This document shows, one piece after another, positions 48,611 to 61,371 of a stretch of 64,000 nucleotides of DNA (within the stretch, counting starts at the first letter, position 1; every line of letters begins with the position of its first letter). Source of the stretch: Alloascoidea hylecoeti (taxonomy: Eukaryota); the NCBI GenBank assembly GCA_001600815.1, contig BCKZ01000023.1:248001-312000 (forward strand), read 5' to 3'. The position numbers and the translations under genes were made by a program. The notes beneath the pieces were generated by a model that was not told where the DNA came from, made no database searches, and saw only the letters and a program-made list of their open reading frames with translations.

Positions 48611-49287
48611 ATCTGAATGTAAATTAATAAATTTATATTATGATATGTATAATTGTAATTATTGATCGAAGAAGTAATAGAGGGCCTTGGTGGTTTCGGT
48701 TGCTTCCGTTTAAGACAAGGAAGCAGATTTCCGATTGTATTTCCATAACTATGCATATATGAATGTATATTTTTACTTTGTTAAGTTATTAAAACTCTAT
48801 TGCTCAGTGCCTAAACTCGACTATATGCCAATAACAAGATAATGTCCAACTATGACATATTTTTATAATTATTTTGAAATATGTTCTTACTTACAATATC
48901 TATAGAATCTTATAAGTTTAGTGTTGTTACTAGCAAGGCTGGGATGACAATAATTTAATAATTATTTCCTTTTTTTCAATGTGAATAATAAGAGTCTAGT
49001 AAATCTAAAAGCAAGCAAAATATGTAAAGTATTTAAATAGGTAATTAAAGGGACCAACTAACATATGTGCAGCCCATTACACACAAAATTTCCAAAATTG
49101 TTCGCCGATATTGACTTCGGCATCAACGATTATCTTCAATTGACTTTATTAGCTTAATAATTTTAAAGTTCCGGATGGATCATAGAAAATCTAAAACCGG
49201 ATTTCAGATTATTCTGTTTCGTACTGTTTTCGGGAAGGGTAATCCAAATTTTAATCAAGAAGATGCATACAATTTTTTTTCATGAGA

Positions 49288-49298
49288 ACCCTTGAGGT
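49288..49298. promoter_or_regulatory. Zap1-type zinc-responsive element ACCCTTGAGGT
   Basis: Fits ACCYYNRRGGT; lies just upstream of the TATA (~49311) of the ZIP gene. Confidence 0.65.
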
Positions 49299-49373
49299 TA
49301 CAGATTATTTTATATATATAAACATTCATTTTTCCAGTAACTTTCATAATTGTTCATCATCAATATATTTAAA

Positions 49374-50501
49374 ATGCCCAGTTCAGCCTATATAAATCAG
49401 TGGGATCCAGCAAAAGTCACATTAGACGACGAATCAGTCGATGAAGCCTGGAAATCATGTGTTCTTCAAGGTGTGTTTTTAAGTGAGAACGAATATAATG
49501 GTGGATTGGGGGCTAGGATTTCTTCAATTTTCGTCATTTTTATAGTCGCTACTGCTTTCACATTGTTTCCCGTCATTTCAAAGAAAGTTAAATGGTTGAA
49601 GGTCCCATATCAAGCGTACATGTTTGCTCGTTATTTTGGTACTGGTGTTATTGTTGCAACATCCTTCATTCACTTGATGGACCCAGCGTACGGCGCTATT
49701 GGTGGCTCAAGTTGTGTAGCTGGGTTTGGAAATTGGAGCCTTTACGCTTTCTGTCCTGCTATAATGTTAGCATCTGCCATGTTTATATTCTTGGTTGATG
49801 TTTACTCAAACACTTATGTTCAAATGAAATATGGCACCAATGAGCATGATGTTAACGTAGCTGATTTGATAACAACACCACATGTGGAAGAAGGCAAAGT
49901 GCACGAACATAGCAAAGACTCGGTCGATGAGGTCGATAATCTTGTTTCTAAAGGCAAACATAATTCAACATACTCAGACTCTGATGAAGCTACATTGGAT
50001 TCTCGACATGAATTTAGAAAGCAAATTTCCGCTTTTCTGATTTTAGAATTTGGTGTAATTTTTCACTCAGTTATGATTGGCTTAAATCTTGGAGCAGTTG
50101 GTGATGAATTTAAAACACTTTACATTGTCTTGGTCTTTCATCAGGCATTTGAAGGTCTTGGAATCGGTGCCAGATTATCTGCCATTCCTATCCCAGATGA
50201 TAAACGGTGGTTGCCATATTTCCTTTGTCTTTCTTATGGTTTCACCACCCCTATAGCTATTGCTATTGGTTTGGGTGTGAGAACTACTTATAATGCAGGT
50301 TCATACACTGCAAATGTTGTTTCTGGTGTTTTGGATGCAATTTCAGCTGGTATTCTTTTGTATACTGGATTTGTTGAACTATTAGCAAGAGATTTCATTT
50401 TTGATGTAAAACATACTGGAAGTCTCAAGCAACTAAACTTCAATATACTTTCTTTACTTTTCGGTACTGGAATTATGGCCTTACTGGGAAAGTGGGCCTA
50501 A
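49374..50501 (+). CDS. ZRT1: ZIP-family zinc transporter (Zrt1/Zrt2-like)
   Basis: RISSIFVI, ARYFGTGVI.AT.FIHL, ILEFGVIFHSVMIGL, FHQ.FEGLGIG, MALLGKWA. Confidence 0.9.
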   Translation: MPSSAYINQWDPAKVTLDDESVDEAWKSCVLQGVFLSENEYNGGLGARISSIFVIFIVATAFTLFPVISKKVKWLKVPYQAYMFARYFGTGVIVATSFIHLMDPAYGAIGGSSCVAGFGNWSLYAFCPAIMLASAMFIFLVDVYSNTYVQMKYGTNEHDVNVADLITTPHVEEGKVHEHSKDSVDEVDNLVSKGKHNSTYSDSDEATLDSRHEFRKQISAFLILEFGVIFHSVMIGLNLGAVGDEFKTLYIVLVFHQAFEGLGIGARLSAIPIPDDKRWLPYFLCLSYGFTTPIAIAIGLGVRTTYNAGSYTANVVSGVLDAISAGILLYTGFVELLARDFIFDVKHTGSLKQLNFNILSLLFGTGIMALLGKWA

Positions 50502-51499
50502 TTATGACTAAAATGCTTTCTGTGTTTATATTCCTATTTGTTCTTTTTATTTATTATATATGTTTTTATTGCATCTTTTAAATAATCAATATAACATTAA
50601 TATTTCCCTTTTAAATACATGTACTGGTGCGAAAAGTGACCCACACATCCGTCTAATAATTTCCTCCAGCAGGTTTCGAATTCAGAGGGGAACTGCAATC
50701 AATAGATTGCCCCAGCTTATATAGTAGAGACAATATGAAATTTGATGTGAGATATTTAATCTGGAATGTTACATAATGTACGCAAAAGTTTTCAATGAAA
50801 AAGTATAATCTAAAAAAAAAACATAAATAAACGGATCCGGAGTTTCTTGGTAAATAGTTCACCACGCTGAAGTAATATAGAAATTATCAAGAGTATGTGA
50901 TATATAATCCTTAAGGAGTATTTACCATTTTTTTTTTTAGTGCTTCGAATTCATGGGTATTTGGATATCTACAAGTAAGTTAACAAACACCAGTTATAGG
51001 CCTAATATATGACCAGAAAGATTAACTTCCTAGTTAAACATTTCAAACTAGTATTTATGTAGTTAATATTTAATTCAGCGTCTATTGTGGATTGAATCCA
51101 AAAGGTTTAAAGCTTTAAATTTAATTTCAACACCCTTCGCGGAAAATGTTACCACAGCACCAAAATCAATTCAATTATATATTAACGATGACGAGAAGTT
51201 ATATAAATCGCAAATTTCAATATTGTCGCATCAAATTATTTTTGGACTTCTCTGTCAAAATTTCTCTCCTTATTTATTAAATGGCCGCAAAATCTGGAGG
51301 CCTATACATAGTAATAAATAAGGTCACGTGAAATACATATAAAACATTGACCTACTATATTTAGATGAATGCATGCATATGTATGCTGTGGTGTTTCCTC
51401 ATAGCGTAGTATTGATAGTTGCATGCATATTTTCTGGAGACCAAAATTTTTGCCGCGAGAAAAATATTGTTCATATTCAGTGGCGCGCAGCATAAAATA

Positions 51500-52355
51500 G
51501 AAGAACTTCAACCTTCATTTCCTTTTTGAGATGAGAACGACTACCCTCATGTGACACGTCGAGCTTCACTCTTTAACTTAACTCCAAAATAAATCAAAAT
51601 ATGATTACTGATACTACCTTATAATTAATACGCTCAAATTAATTGTGTTTTCGGATTGACCTTTTTGTCATGAGAGCTTCACCCGGATATTATTTTATTC
51701 CTTTTCACTAATTTTCTGTTTTTGTTAATTAGTTAACTTCTACCATATATATAATTTTTTGTATTTATCAATTTTGTGCAGAAACAGTAAGTAGTTCTAA
51801 GATATTATATATCTTAATCACAAGCATCTTTGTATAATAATCGATATTGTACGTATCGAAGCTAGCGCTTTATAATGATTGGTTGTAATTATCCAAAATA
51901 GATCATGATAAATACAAAAAATTGTATATTAGAAGTGAACTAATTAACAGAAACAGAAAAAATGATTTTGTTTATTTAGTAAATAGGAATTAAAGTAATG
52001 AGCGGGAAAGGTAATCACTTTTGGCAGAATGAGCTGGTTACAGGGACTGGTACCGATTAGTTGATCGTGAGTAGATCAAAGTGTAACGCACTACATTGTA
52101 ATTTACGGAGAATGAGCAGTCTATTAGTACTAGTTTTTTTAAATAGGTCCTTAACTACCACACTCAATTAACACACTCAACACAACACAACATACAACAC
52201 ACTAAAAGAGAGAACAGGGAATAATAGGATTTTATTTGACCTTAGCCATTACGAAAATAGATGTTTGAGTTAGCCCTGAGAGCAAAGCTCAAGACATCGC
52301 AGGAGGATAACTATTTTCGTCCCAAAAAGGGAAGTAAAGGTGCCAGTTTCTACTT
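51500..52355 (+). ncRNA. Candidate large structured ncRNA (telomerase-RNA-like architecture; identity and strand unproven)
   Basis: 51511-51537 pairs with 52314-52341; long arm 51697-51770 with 51906-51990; further hairpins; no ORF. Confidence 0.45.
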
Positions 52356-55300
52356 TTAATATATAGTAATGCTAAATTTAAATTAATGGTGTTTTTTTTT
52401 GATTATATAATTATGCTGGTATATACTTTGGTATAGAGGAAAATGCATTTTTTGGTAAAGGTGTACATTTTCGTACGCTTAAAGCCATACAACAACAAAC
52501 ACAGTTAATGGAACAACCCATCGTAAAGGTACAGTAGCTTATGGTCTTGGTAATTGAAGCATAACTCGGTAAATGGTTAATGTATGACATTGGGTGCAAT
52601 TAATTAATTTGGGAAAATTATCTATTTATAATTACTTACATTTAGAATGTCTAGATTTTTATTGCAATTGTTATTAATTTAAAGTATATTGTTTGTCTCC
52701 TAAAGCTTGTATATAAACATTTTTGAAGTCGAAAGTCTTGTATATATACGTTTAATATTAATATAAGTTATAGAACTTATGGGCCTTATAATTAAGCTTT
52801 AATTAACTTATTGCTATATAGAACTTATATATGGAGTTATATATAGCAAACTTTAATTATATAATTGTATACGTATGCATGTATTGATATCAAATCATTA
52901 GTATTTTTTTATATCAGAAGTGATATCCATTCTAGAAACCTTGTTAATATTAGCTTTATACTATATATAGCTAATATTATGAGCTATGAATAACTTTAAG
53001 TATAATTAAAATACTCTAGATATAAAGCTATACATTAATATTTGCTATATTAAATAATATTACAATGGGAGATTTAACTTGCAAAAAAAAAGTATTAGCA
53101 CTAGTTAATAGCTATTGTTATAATCCAATTCAACTCAGAGTATTTGCAATTGAAATTGTATAAACATAGGAATATAAACGTTAACATTAGAGTTGGAAAA
53201 TTGGAAATTATGAATTAAGCTGATTAATCCTGGCATATCCGACTACTTGTATACTAATATTTGTATGTTTTACAGATTCATTTTCAATCCCAAAATTAAG
53301 TTTATGACTTTATCGTCCTCTCAGGCCTCCACATGTCATATAAACCCATGTTTAACATAATCTCCAGCCATAGTAGAATCGTGTGGCATATTCAGCTTGA
53401 GTGTACTCTGAAGATATCTATATTACAATTGGATATGTCATTAAACTATATTATAAATTAATATCTACATAAATCTTAAACAAAGGTATAGTTTCTGGAG
53501 TTATCTTAACTGGTTATAGCATCTTATGGGCCTGGATATAAGTAATTTCAATTGTCATAATTACATTGAGATACACGTCAATGAAGCTTGCAATTCTACT
53601 ACGTATAGGGCTAAAGTTATAATTTATTACACTGTTCTATTTCTTTTATACCAAATTACCAATATACTAGTTCTAGTATTTGAAAGCCATTGCATATGAT
53701 ACTAGTAATATTTCTACAAAAGGCTCAAAAATGCCTATAAGTATATTACTATAAATAAATCAGATCTAGGCTTATTTAGCCAGCTATAATATATAGGAGA
53801 TATACGTTATAACCAGCAAAATATTCCTTATAATTAGTTATATTTATTGCTACCAAATACATTTTTTCAATGTAGGCTATCGAAATATTAATATATGACT
53901 TACCTTTGGCTAGCGCTGTAAGGATATAGTGGTTTTATGACCATGTGTGGCTAGATGTTATATTAAAAGAGTGACATATTAATATCAAATAAAATATAAT
54001 TGAATAAATATTACTAATTGAAGGCTTAATTATAAGCCTATATCAAATAAATCAAAATCCTGATTTTATATAATATGTATAATATTAATGGAGGCTACAA
54101 TAATGTCTCAAATATAACTTCTAGGTCAATATTTAGATTTTAAGCATATTTTATTAAGTATGATGATTAGTATGATATATTGAAAATTAATATTTTTTTA
54201 TTAATATGACATTCAGGTCTAGGATGAATAGCGTTATGATTATATAATTACGTTTGATTTTCAAATTCGGGGGAGAAATATTTATTTACATTTATAATTG
54301 AACTTTACATTATGAGCTAATATAGCCAAATTAATATCTGGGTATAATATCGTGAAGTTATTGACTTAATATTAACAATGATTGTGAGCAGTTTAATCAA
54401 CTCTAAGTCTTTGTCTATTTATATTCAGTGTTACTCGCCAATATTTAAAAATCATGTCACTTTCAATACATAATGTTTTGACAAGCAAACTCTAGTTAGT
54501 AAATCCTTGGATATCAAATTGAAAGGCAATATTTAATACATATAAATGTAAGGATATACAGTAGTTTTATATTATGAAAATCTGATAGTAAAGTAATCGC
54601 GACAAAATATTTATAATCAAAGTTATTATTCAAGACAGTTTTTTCTTGCCAATATCCTTGGATAATCCTATAAGTTATGTTGTAGTCTACTTGTAGATGA
54701 CCATTGAATTATTTATGATCTAAACTAATTATTTTGATAAGCTTTATTTATTATAATAAATAATTAAACTGCCTTATGCTTTTATTTCGCCCTCCCAAAA
54801 TACGGCGATCCGCTGCAAATGAAAAAAAATTACTTTTCAATGATTATAAATTTTAAGGAAAAAAAAGTAATTATATGCATATATTAATTATAAACATGTA
54901 TTTCTTTGAGATTTTATTTTTGACATATATGAGTGCTTAATTTAACGTTATTTATAGGATTATTCTCATTTGGTGCATACGTAAAAAAACAAACTAACTT
55001 GTATTTGTGGAGCGTTATATACTATGTATAGGCTACATATATGACACCCGTACTAGATCAGACTAGATCTAGATCATCAATCCTAATCTACATTTTATTA
55101 ATATTGATCTTTAATAAAGATTCTTGCCGATGAGTAGTGTCTTAGATAGCTCAATTGAATGCTTGTCATTTAATTGTGTAACGGGGCACAAGTGTAAATA
55201 CAATTGATATCGATATCAATGGGAGAACACCACGATAAATATTTTGTAGTGTCAAATTAAATTACAGCTATTGAATTGCAATTGCAAAATGTCATCATTT

Positions 55301-55817
55301 GGAATTTTGAATTCATTCACTTATGATGAATAATTATCATATAATTATTTATTGAAATTTCGTTCCCCGGTGATAATAGTTCATTGATGGGGGATTAATT
55401 GATTAATAATAATATGTGTGCCGAAATCCGGGCCATGATAAAAAAGACATCACAAGGACAACGGCTCATAGAGTTTCGTCTAATGATCATCGAATGGTGT
55501 ATTAACCATTGAATAGGTTCGGAGAAAGATATATAAAATACAGGTGAGATAAATATTAATATATTTAAGCTAGAACATGGAAATTTACAATTTACAACCA
55601 TTTTTTTCTATTAAAGAAAAACTGGTTTATGCGATGGTGATTTAAAAACTTAAAATAATAATAAGTCTGTGTATATAATACGATCGCGACCTCTCCGCTT
55701 CTACAGCAATAAAGGTCAAGTTATAATTGTTTTAAATAGTCGTGGGATCTGCATAAAGAGAAGAAGGGAAATAAATCCAGCTTTTCCTCACCATTACAAA
55801 AACCATTTTCCTTCCAG

Positions 55818-56706
55818 ATGGGTGACAGCAGAAGATTATACAAGCTAAAAGTCGTTCAAAATCCTATACGCGCAAGAATGTGCGGGTTGGGGGATAAGGT
55901 ATGTTTGACACTTTGTTTGAATCAGATCATAATATTAACCGATATTTATGAGTTCTTAGGATCGGAGGCAGATTTCACCCCCACCATGTGTTCGGTTATA
56001 TGTGTACGATGCCAAAACAAAAAAAGAATTGGATGTACAGTAAGTTTAAGCTCGATATGATTTTATTCTATATGTTATATGCTCTTTGGATGTTGAATTT
56101 TGAACCTAACGTTATCGGACCTTTAGACATATTGACATTTCATTTTTCGTTTTGATGGTTGAATTATGGTCTGTCGACCAAACTGCGAATCTCAGTTTGG
56201 TAATATCTCCAAATTCTGATCCTACGATGAATCATGTGAAGTTGGAGAAAAGAGCTTCCTCTTCTCATCCCCACATGTCACAACCTAAACAAAAGACCCC
56301 TGCAACTTATATCCAGCCGCTAACTCTTCCCCCCGCCACACGAAATCTCATTGGAAGTCTTTCAACTTCTGCCTTCAGACTACATGATCTGAAGAAAGAG
56401 TATGGGATTTGGTTTGTTCTTCAGGACCTATCGATTCGCTCAGAAGGAACTTTCAGACTTAAGTTTCATTTTCTTGATCTCTCTTCCAGGGATGGTGCAG
56501 GACCTATTTCTAACAAAAGCGCCCCTATTATAGCCAGCTGCTTTTCGGAGCCATTTCAAGTTTACAGTGCAAAAAAATTTCCAGGTGTCATTGATAGTAC
56601 ACCTTTGTCGAAGTGTTTCGCTTCTCAAGGAATAAAGATCCCAGTACGACGAGAACAGAGAAGTCGAGAGCACTCAAGTTCTAGCTCTAGTCAAGCACAT
56701 CACTAA
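55818..56706 (+). CDS. velB: Velvet-domain regulator, VelB-like; exons 55818-55898, 55960-56039, 56127-56706
   Basis: Spliced YKLKVVQNPIRARMCGLGDK|DRRQISPPPCVRL...RNLIGSL..SAFRL...GIWFVLQDLSIRSEG...VYSAKKFPGVI.ST.LSKCFA.QGIKIP.R. Confidence 0.88.
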
Positions 56707-57537
56707 GCTAGAATATTAAAAAATAAGAAAAAAAAGAAACTAGTACACAAACGAATATACCTGCTTTTCTTAATTTATGATATTTAGTGATGTTTCTGAT
56801 TAAAGAGGATCGATAGAAATACATCATGATCAACTTATTACTGACTTTTGATTTTTACAAATATGGACTATATCCTGCTACACGTTATACATTTATTGCA
56901 CAAATTTATCTTTCCAATTCTTTTTTTCTTTCTGTTTTGTTTTTTATTCATGCATTTGCAATCATCAAGTGAACGTTTGAGTTTTGTATTGTACACACAG
57001 CATTTATTTTCACTAAGGTTTTTTTCTTCTTTAAAAATAAAAATATAATTCTAATAGTTGATTTCTGTGACTTCAGCCCTCAATTGAACACCTCTTAATT
57101 AGAATATGGATAGAACAAAAAATAATACTATTCATTTCATTTCATATACCTATATAATTTTTATTTGACAAACTAGGTTTTTGTAGTAGACTTTAATACA
57201 TCCTGATATGGTAAGAAATATTTACCATTATTTTGTAAAATGAGTTGTAACAAACTAGATTAATTCCTTGCCATGAGACCAGTCTGCAAGTTCCTACAAT
57301 CCTACCATATAGGCCTATATAGGTTCCGTTATAATGAAAAGCTGTTTATTTTCAAGCCACAGCTCTTCTTGATTAATTATGATATACTTATAATAAAGTT
57401 TTTTAAGTTTTAAGTTTTTAAGTTATTACGACACAGTCCAACAGTAATATTATTTCATGTAGCTGCATGAAATTTTTTTCACCTCCCTTCATCTGTTATA
57501 TTTTAAATTTTCTTATTGTGAAAAATTCAAAAACAAA

Positions 57538-59637
57538 ATGGCAAAATCGAAATCGAAATCGATATCGAAACATAAATCTAAAGGGACTTCAAAAGCCTTA
57601 GATAATACGGAAAGGGAAGATTATGGACCTGCTACTTCGGATCCCCGTTTCGCAATAATTCATAATGACCCTCTTTTTAGGTCTAGTAACAGAAATGAAA
57701 ATAAAGTCACTTTAGACTCTCGATTTAAGGGCCAACTACAAGAATTTAGCAAGAAAACAACAGTAGATAGATATGGAAAGAAAATTAAAAAAGATAGAGG
57801 CATGAAGGAGTTGAAGAAATACTATAACTTACAAAGCGAAAGTGAAAGTGAAAGTGAAAGTGAAAATGAAAATGATGATAGTGATGACAATGATGATGAA
57901 CCTTCAGCAGCTTCTAACAAAACCTTGAAAGAAAAGTCTGCTGGTTCAAAAGGTAGTTCGGAAGACAAAAAGTCTAAAAAAATAGTAGAAATTGCTCCTA
58001 GTGTCAATGATACTAGCAATTCAGAGTCAAGTGAGCCGGAGAGTGAATCTGACAGTGATAGTGACAGTGATAGTGATAGTGATAGTGATAGTGACAGTGA
58101 TAGCGATAGTGAGAGTGAGTCAGAGGATAATGGTGAAGAGATTGAGCAAGGTGATCCTACAAAGCGCGTGGCTGTGGTCAATATGGATTGGGATAATGTT
58201 CACGCAATTGACTTGTTCGCTACGTTTTCAAGTTTTGTTCCAACAAGCGGAATAATTGAATCCGTAATTATATACCCTAGTGAATACGGAAAAGAAAGAT
58301 TGAACCAAGAACAAGTTGAAGGTCCCCCAAAAGATATCTTTAAGTCTAAAAGGAATAAGGATTCGGACTCAGATTCAGATTCAGATTCAGATTCAGATTC
58401 AGATTCAGATAGTGACTCAGATAATGACCAGGAGAGTGCTACTAGGAAGCTTTTCGATTCAAAAGAGGAAGGTAATGGTGAAGATTATGACATGAAACAC
58501 TTACGTAAATATCAACTTCAAAGACTCAGATATTATTACGCAGTTGTTACATGTAATAGTGTGGCAACTGCGAAAGCAATTTACGACAATTGTGATGGTA
58601 CAGAGTATGAATCTACGGCTAATAACTTTGATCTTAGATATATTCCAGACGACGTTGATTTTGATGATACACCAAAAGATAAATGTACGAAAGTCCCCGC
58701 TAGTTACAAGCCAAATAATGATTTTGTCACTGATGCCCTACAACAGTCTAAGGTCAAATTAACTTGGGATGAAACTCCTCGTGACCGTTTACAATTAGCT
58801 ACTAAGTCTTTCAGTCGGAACGAAATTGCACAGATGGACTATGATGCATATATAGCCAGTGGTAGCGAAAGTGAGGATGAAAATCTCAAGGGAGAATATC
58901 AGAAAATTTTGCAAGATTCTACTTATGGCTCGTTACAAAAAGAGTTTGGAAATGAGGAAGAGAATGGAATAGACATTACATTTACATCAGCATTGGATGT
59001 TAAAGGAAATGATGAACAAGATGAAGAAGAAGAAATCCAAGAAACGACACTTGAAAAATATAAGAGGAAAGAAAAAGAAAGACGAAAGAAGAGACAAGAA
59101 ACAATCAATGAATTAAAGAAAAAGAAGAGTGAAGAAAATGAAGAAGAAGAAGACAAAGCTAGCAAACAAAAGGGATCGAAGAAGAAATCTAGCAAGCCCA
59201 CTGCTGAGGATGAGAAAAAGAAAGAAGAATTGGAGCTTTTACTTATGGATGAAAATAATAACGGCAAAGAGATGGAACATTTTGATTTGAAAGTAATGCT
59301 GAAACAAGCAAAACTAAAGAAGAAGAAGATGATGGGTAAAAAAATTAAAGGAGCTGATGAAATCATTAACCAACCAACTCTTAATGTCGATCTTAATGAT
59401 GATAGACTTAGAGCTGTTTTTGAGCAACCTGAATTTGCAATTGACCCTTCTAACCCTCAATTTAAGAATACGGAAGCCATGCAACAAATCAGGGAAGAAG
59501 CCCAGAAAAGAAAATCAAAGAAAGCCACTACTGATCATGATCATGAGACAACCAACAAAAGTAAGAAACGTAAACAAAAGACTGATGATACTGAAGAATT
59601 GATTCGTAGTTATAAACGTAAAGTAAAGACTAGATAG
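57538..59637 (+). CDS. ESF1: Pre-rRNA processing protein Esf1
   Basis: DPRFA.IH.DP.F, RVAVVNMDWD, LRKYQLQRLRYYYAV, DGTEYE..AN.FDLRYIPD and NUC153 motif FAIDPSNPQFK; Ser-Asp repeats. Confidence 0.93.
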   Translation: MAKSKSKSISKHKSKGTSKALDNTEREDYGPATSDPRFAIIHNDPLFRSSNRNENKVTLDSRFKGQLQEFSKKTTVDRYGKKIKKDRGMKELKKYYNLQSESESESESENENDDSDDNDDEPSAASNKTLKEKSAGSKGSSEDKKSKKIVEIAPSVNDTSNSESSEPESESDSDSDSDSDSDSDSDSDSDSESESEDNGEEIEQGDPTKRVAVVNMDWDNVHAIDLFATFSSFVPTSGIIESVIIYPSEYGKERLNQEQVEGPPKDIFKSKRNKDSDSDSDSDSDSDSDSDSDSDNDQESATRKLFDSKEEGNGEDYDMKHLRKYQLQRLRYYYAVVTCNSVATAKAIYDNCDGTEYESTANNFDLRYIPDDVDFDDTPKDKCTKVPASYKPNNDFVTDALQQSKVKLTWDETPRDRLQLATKSFSRNEIAQMDYDAYIASGSESEDENLKGEYQKILQDSTYGSLQKEFGNEEENGIDITFTSALDVKGNDEQDEEEEIQETTLEKYKRKEKERRKKRQETINELKKKKSEENEEEEDKASKQKGSKKKSSKPTAEDEKKKEELELLLMDENNNGKEMEHFDLKVMLKQAKLKKKKMMGKKIKGADEIINQPTLNVDLNDDRLRAVFEQPEFAIDPSNPQFKNTEAMQQIREEAQKRKSKKATTDHDHETTNKSKKRKQKTDDTEELIRSYKRKVKTR

Positions 59638-59822
59638 ATGTTAATTCTAATAAATATTAATATAAATGTATGATTTTATATGTATTTTAGCTCTCAATTA
59701 CTGNATAATTATATCATTAAAAGATGGAATCATTAATATTTTCATTCATTGTTGCAGTTACATCCATACTTTAAACATTAAAATTTTCACCAAAACTTTG
59801 TTTGTAGTGTAAACGTACCACC

Positions 59823-61371
59823 ATGACCAAGGAAGATTATGAACAGGCATACAACGTGGCATTACACAATATTGATCAGTTACAACTCGAGAATGAGAGG
59901 CTGAGAAAAGAAATATCGGACTTGAGATCAAAGAATATCACCGATACAACAGTGACATCGTATAATGCTTCATCTTCAGATGCACAGGAAGTTGGTGGAC
60001 TCACACTTGACGAGTATAAACGATACGGACGTCAAATGATTGTTCCCCAAATACGAAAGACAGGCCAATTAAAACTGAAAAACTCAAAGGTTCTTGTAGT
60101 AGGTGCTGGTGGATTGGGATGTCCAGCTCTGGCATATTTGGCTGGTGCAGGAATAGGTATGCACTTATCTACCTACTCATCACTTATGAAATTTATACTA
60201 ACCCGACGGTTTGGAGAATAAAGGAACTCTTGGAATTATAGATCATGATACTGTGGATGTTTCTAATTTACACAGACAAATCATACACAGCATAGAAACG
60301 GTTGGGATGTTAAAATGCGAATCTGCTGTGTTATTCCTGAAGAAGTACGTATAATCATAATACACAAAACTATTCATTATTATCATTTCCTTTAACATGT
60401 TACTGACAATTTTAATCAGATTGAATCCTAATGTCATCTATAAAACATATCCAGCGAAGTTATCTCCTGAAAATGCATATGATACTTTCCAAGGTTATGA
60501 TGTGATTCTGGATTGCACAGATACACCCAAATCTAGATATTTAATCTCGGATGTTGCTGTTCATTTGAAGATTCCACTAGTGTCAGCTTCTGGCCTGAAA
60601 ACAGAAGGACAACTAAGCATATTAAATTACCAGCCTGACAATGGCCCATGCTACAGATGCTTTTTCCCGAATCCACCACCTGCTAACAGCGTAACAAGTT
60701 GTCAAGATGGCGGTATAATGGGCCCTGTTATCGGAATTATGGGAGTGATGATGGCAATTGAAACTATTAAGATCATAACGGGTGCCTATGAAATTGCAAA
60801 GAAGCATGAAGATCAAGTTATTAAAGCAAATGAAGGAGAAGGTTTCCGCCCATTTTTAATGCTTTTTTCAGCATATTCAGACAGACCATGGAAGTTTTGT
60901 AAGATGAGAGGAAGGCAAATAACATGTATTTCTAATGAAGCTTTGACAAGAAAAGATATTGAATCCGGAAAAATTAATTACGAAGAATTTTGTGGAAGTA
61001 GCTCCTTGGTATCATTTTTAAAAAGTAACGAAAGAATATCCGTTTTTGAATATCAATCGATTCTTAATAATCACAAGAAACATATCCTTATTGATGTGAG
61101 GCCTACCGTACAATTTGAAATATGCTCTTTAAAAAATTCAATCAGTATACCATTAGAAAAGTTGAAGAATATGAATATAGATGAACTTAAAGACCAATCG
61201 GGACTTATTGATAATGACACTTATGTTTATTCGATTTGTAGGTATGGAAATGATTCACAAACTGCAGTTAGATTATTAAAAGATAAGTTCAAATTAAACA
61301 ATTCTTGGGATATTAAAGGTGGATTAAATAAGTGGGCAACAGAAATTGATGCTTCATTTCCCATTTACTAA
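59823..61371 (+). CDS. UBA4: Urm1-activating E1-like/rhodanese sulfurtransferase; exons 59823-60156, 60224-60344, 60420-61371
   Basis: [16 protein letters not shown], spliced [22 protein letters not shown], rhodanese CRYGNDSQ; introns GTATGC..AAG and GTACGT..CAG. Confidence 0.93.

Noticed and set aside
51323..51331. CDEI-like GTCACGTG as a point centromere (also 27596)
   Set aside because: No CDEII/CDEIII; the lineage does not look like Saccharomycetaceae
51995..52125. Group I intron, RNase P or U2-like words (GCGGGAAAGG, GACTG/CAGTC, TACCGATTA, TAGATCAAAGTGTA)
   Set aside because: Partner elements are missing or in the wrong order
59823..61371. Functional clustering of UBA4 with the immunity island
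   Set aside because: About 35 kb apart with many unrelated genes between; likely coincidence
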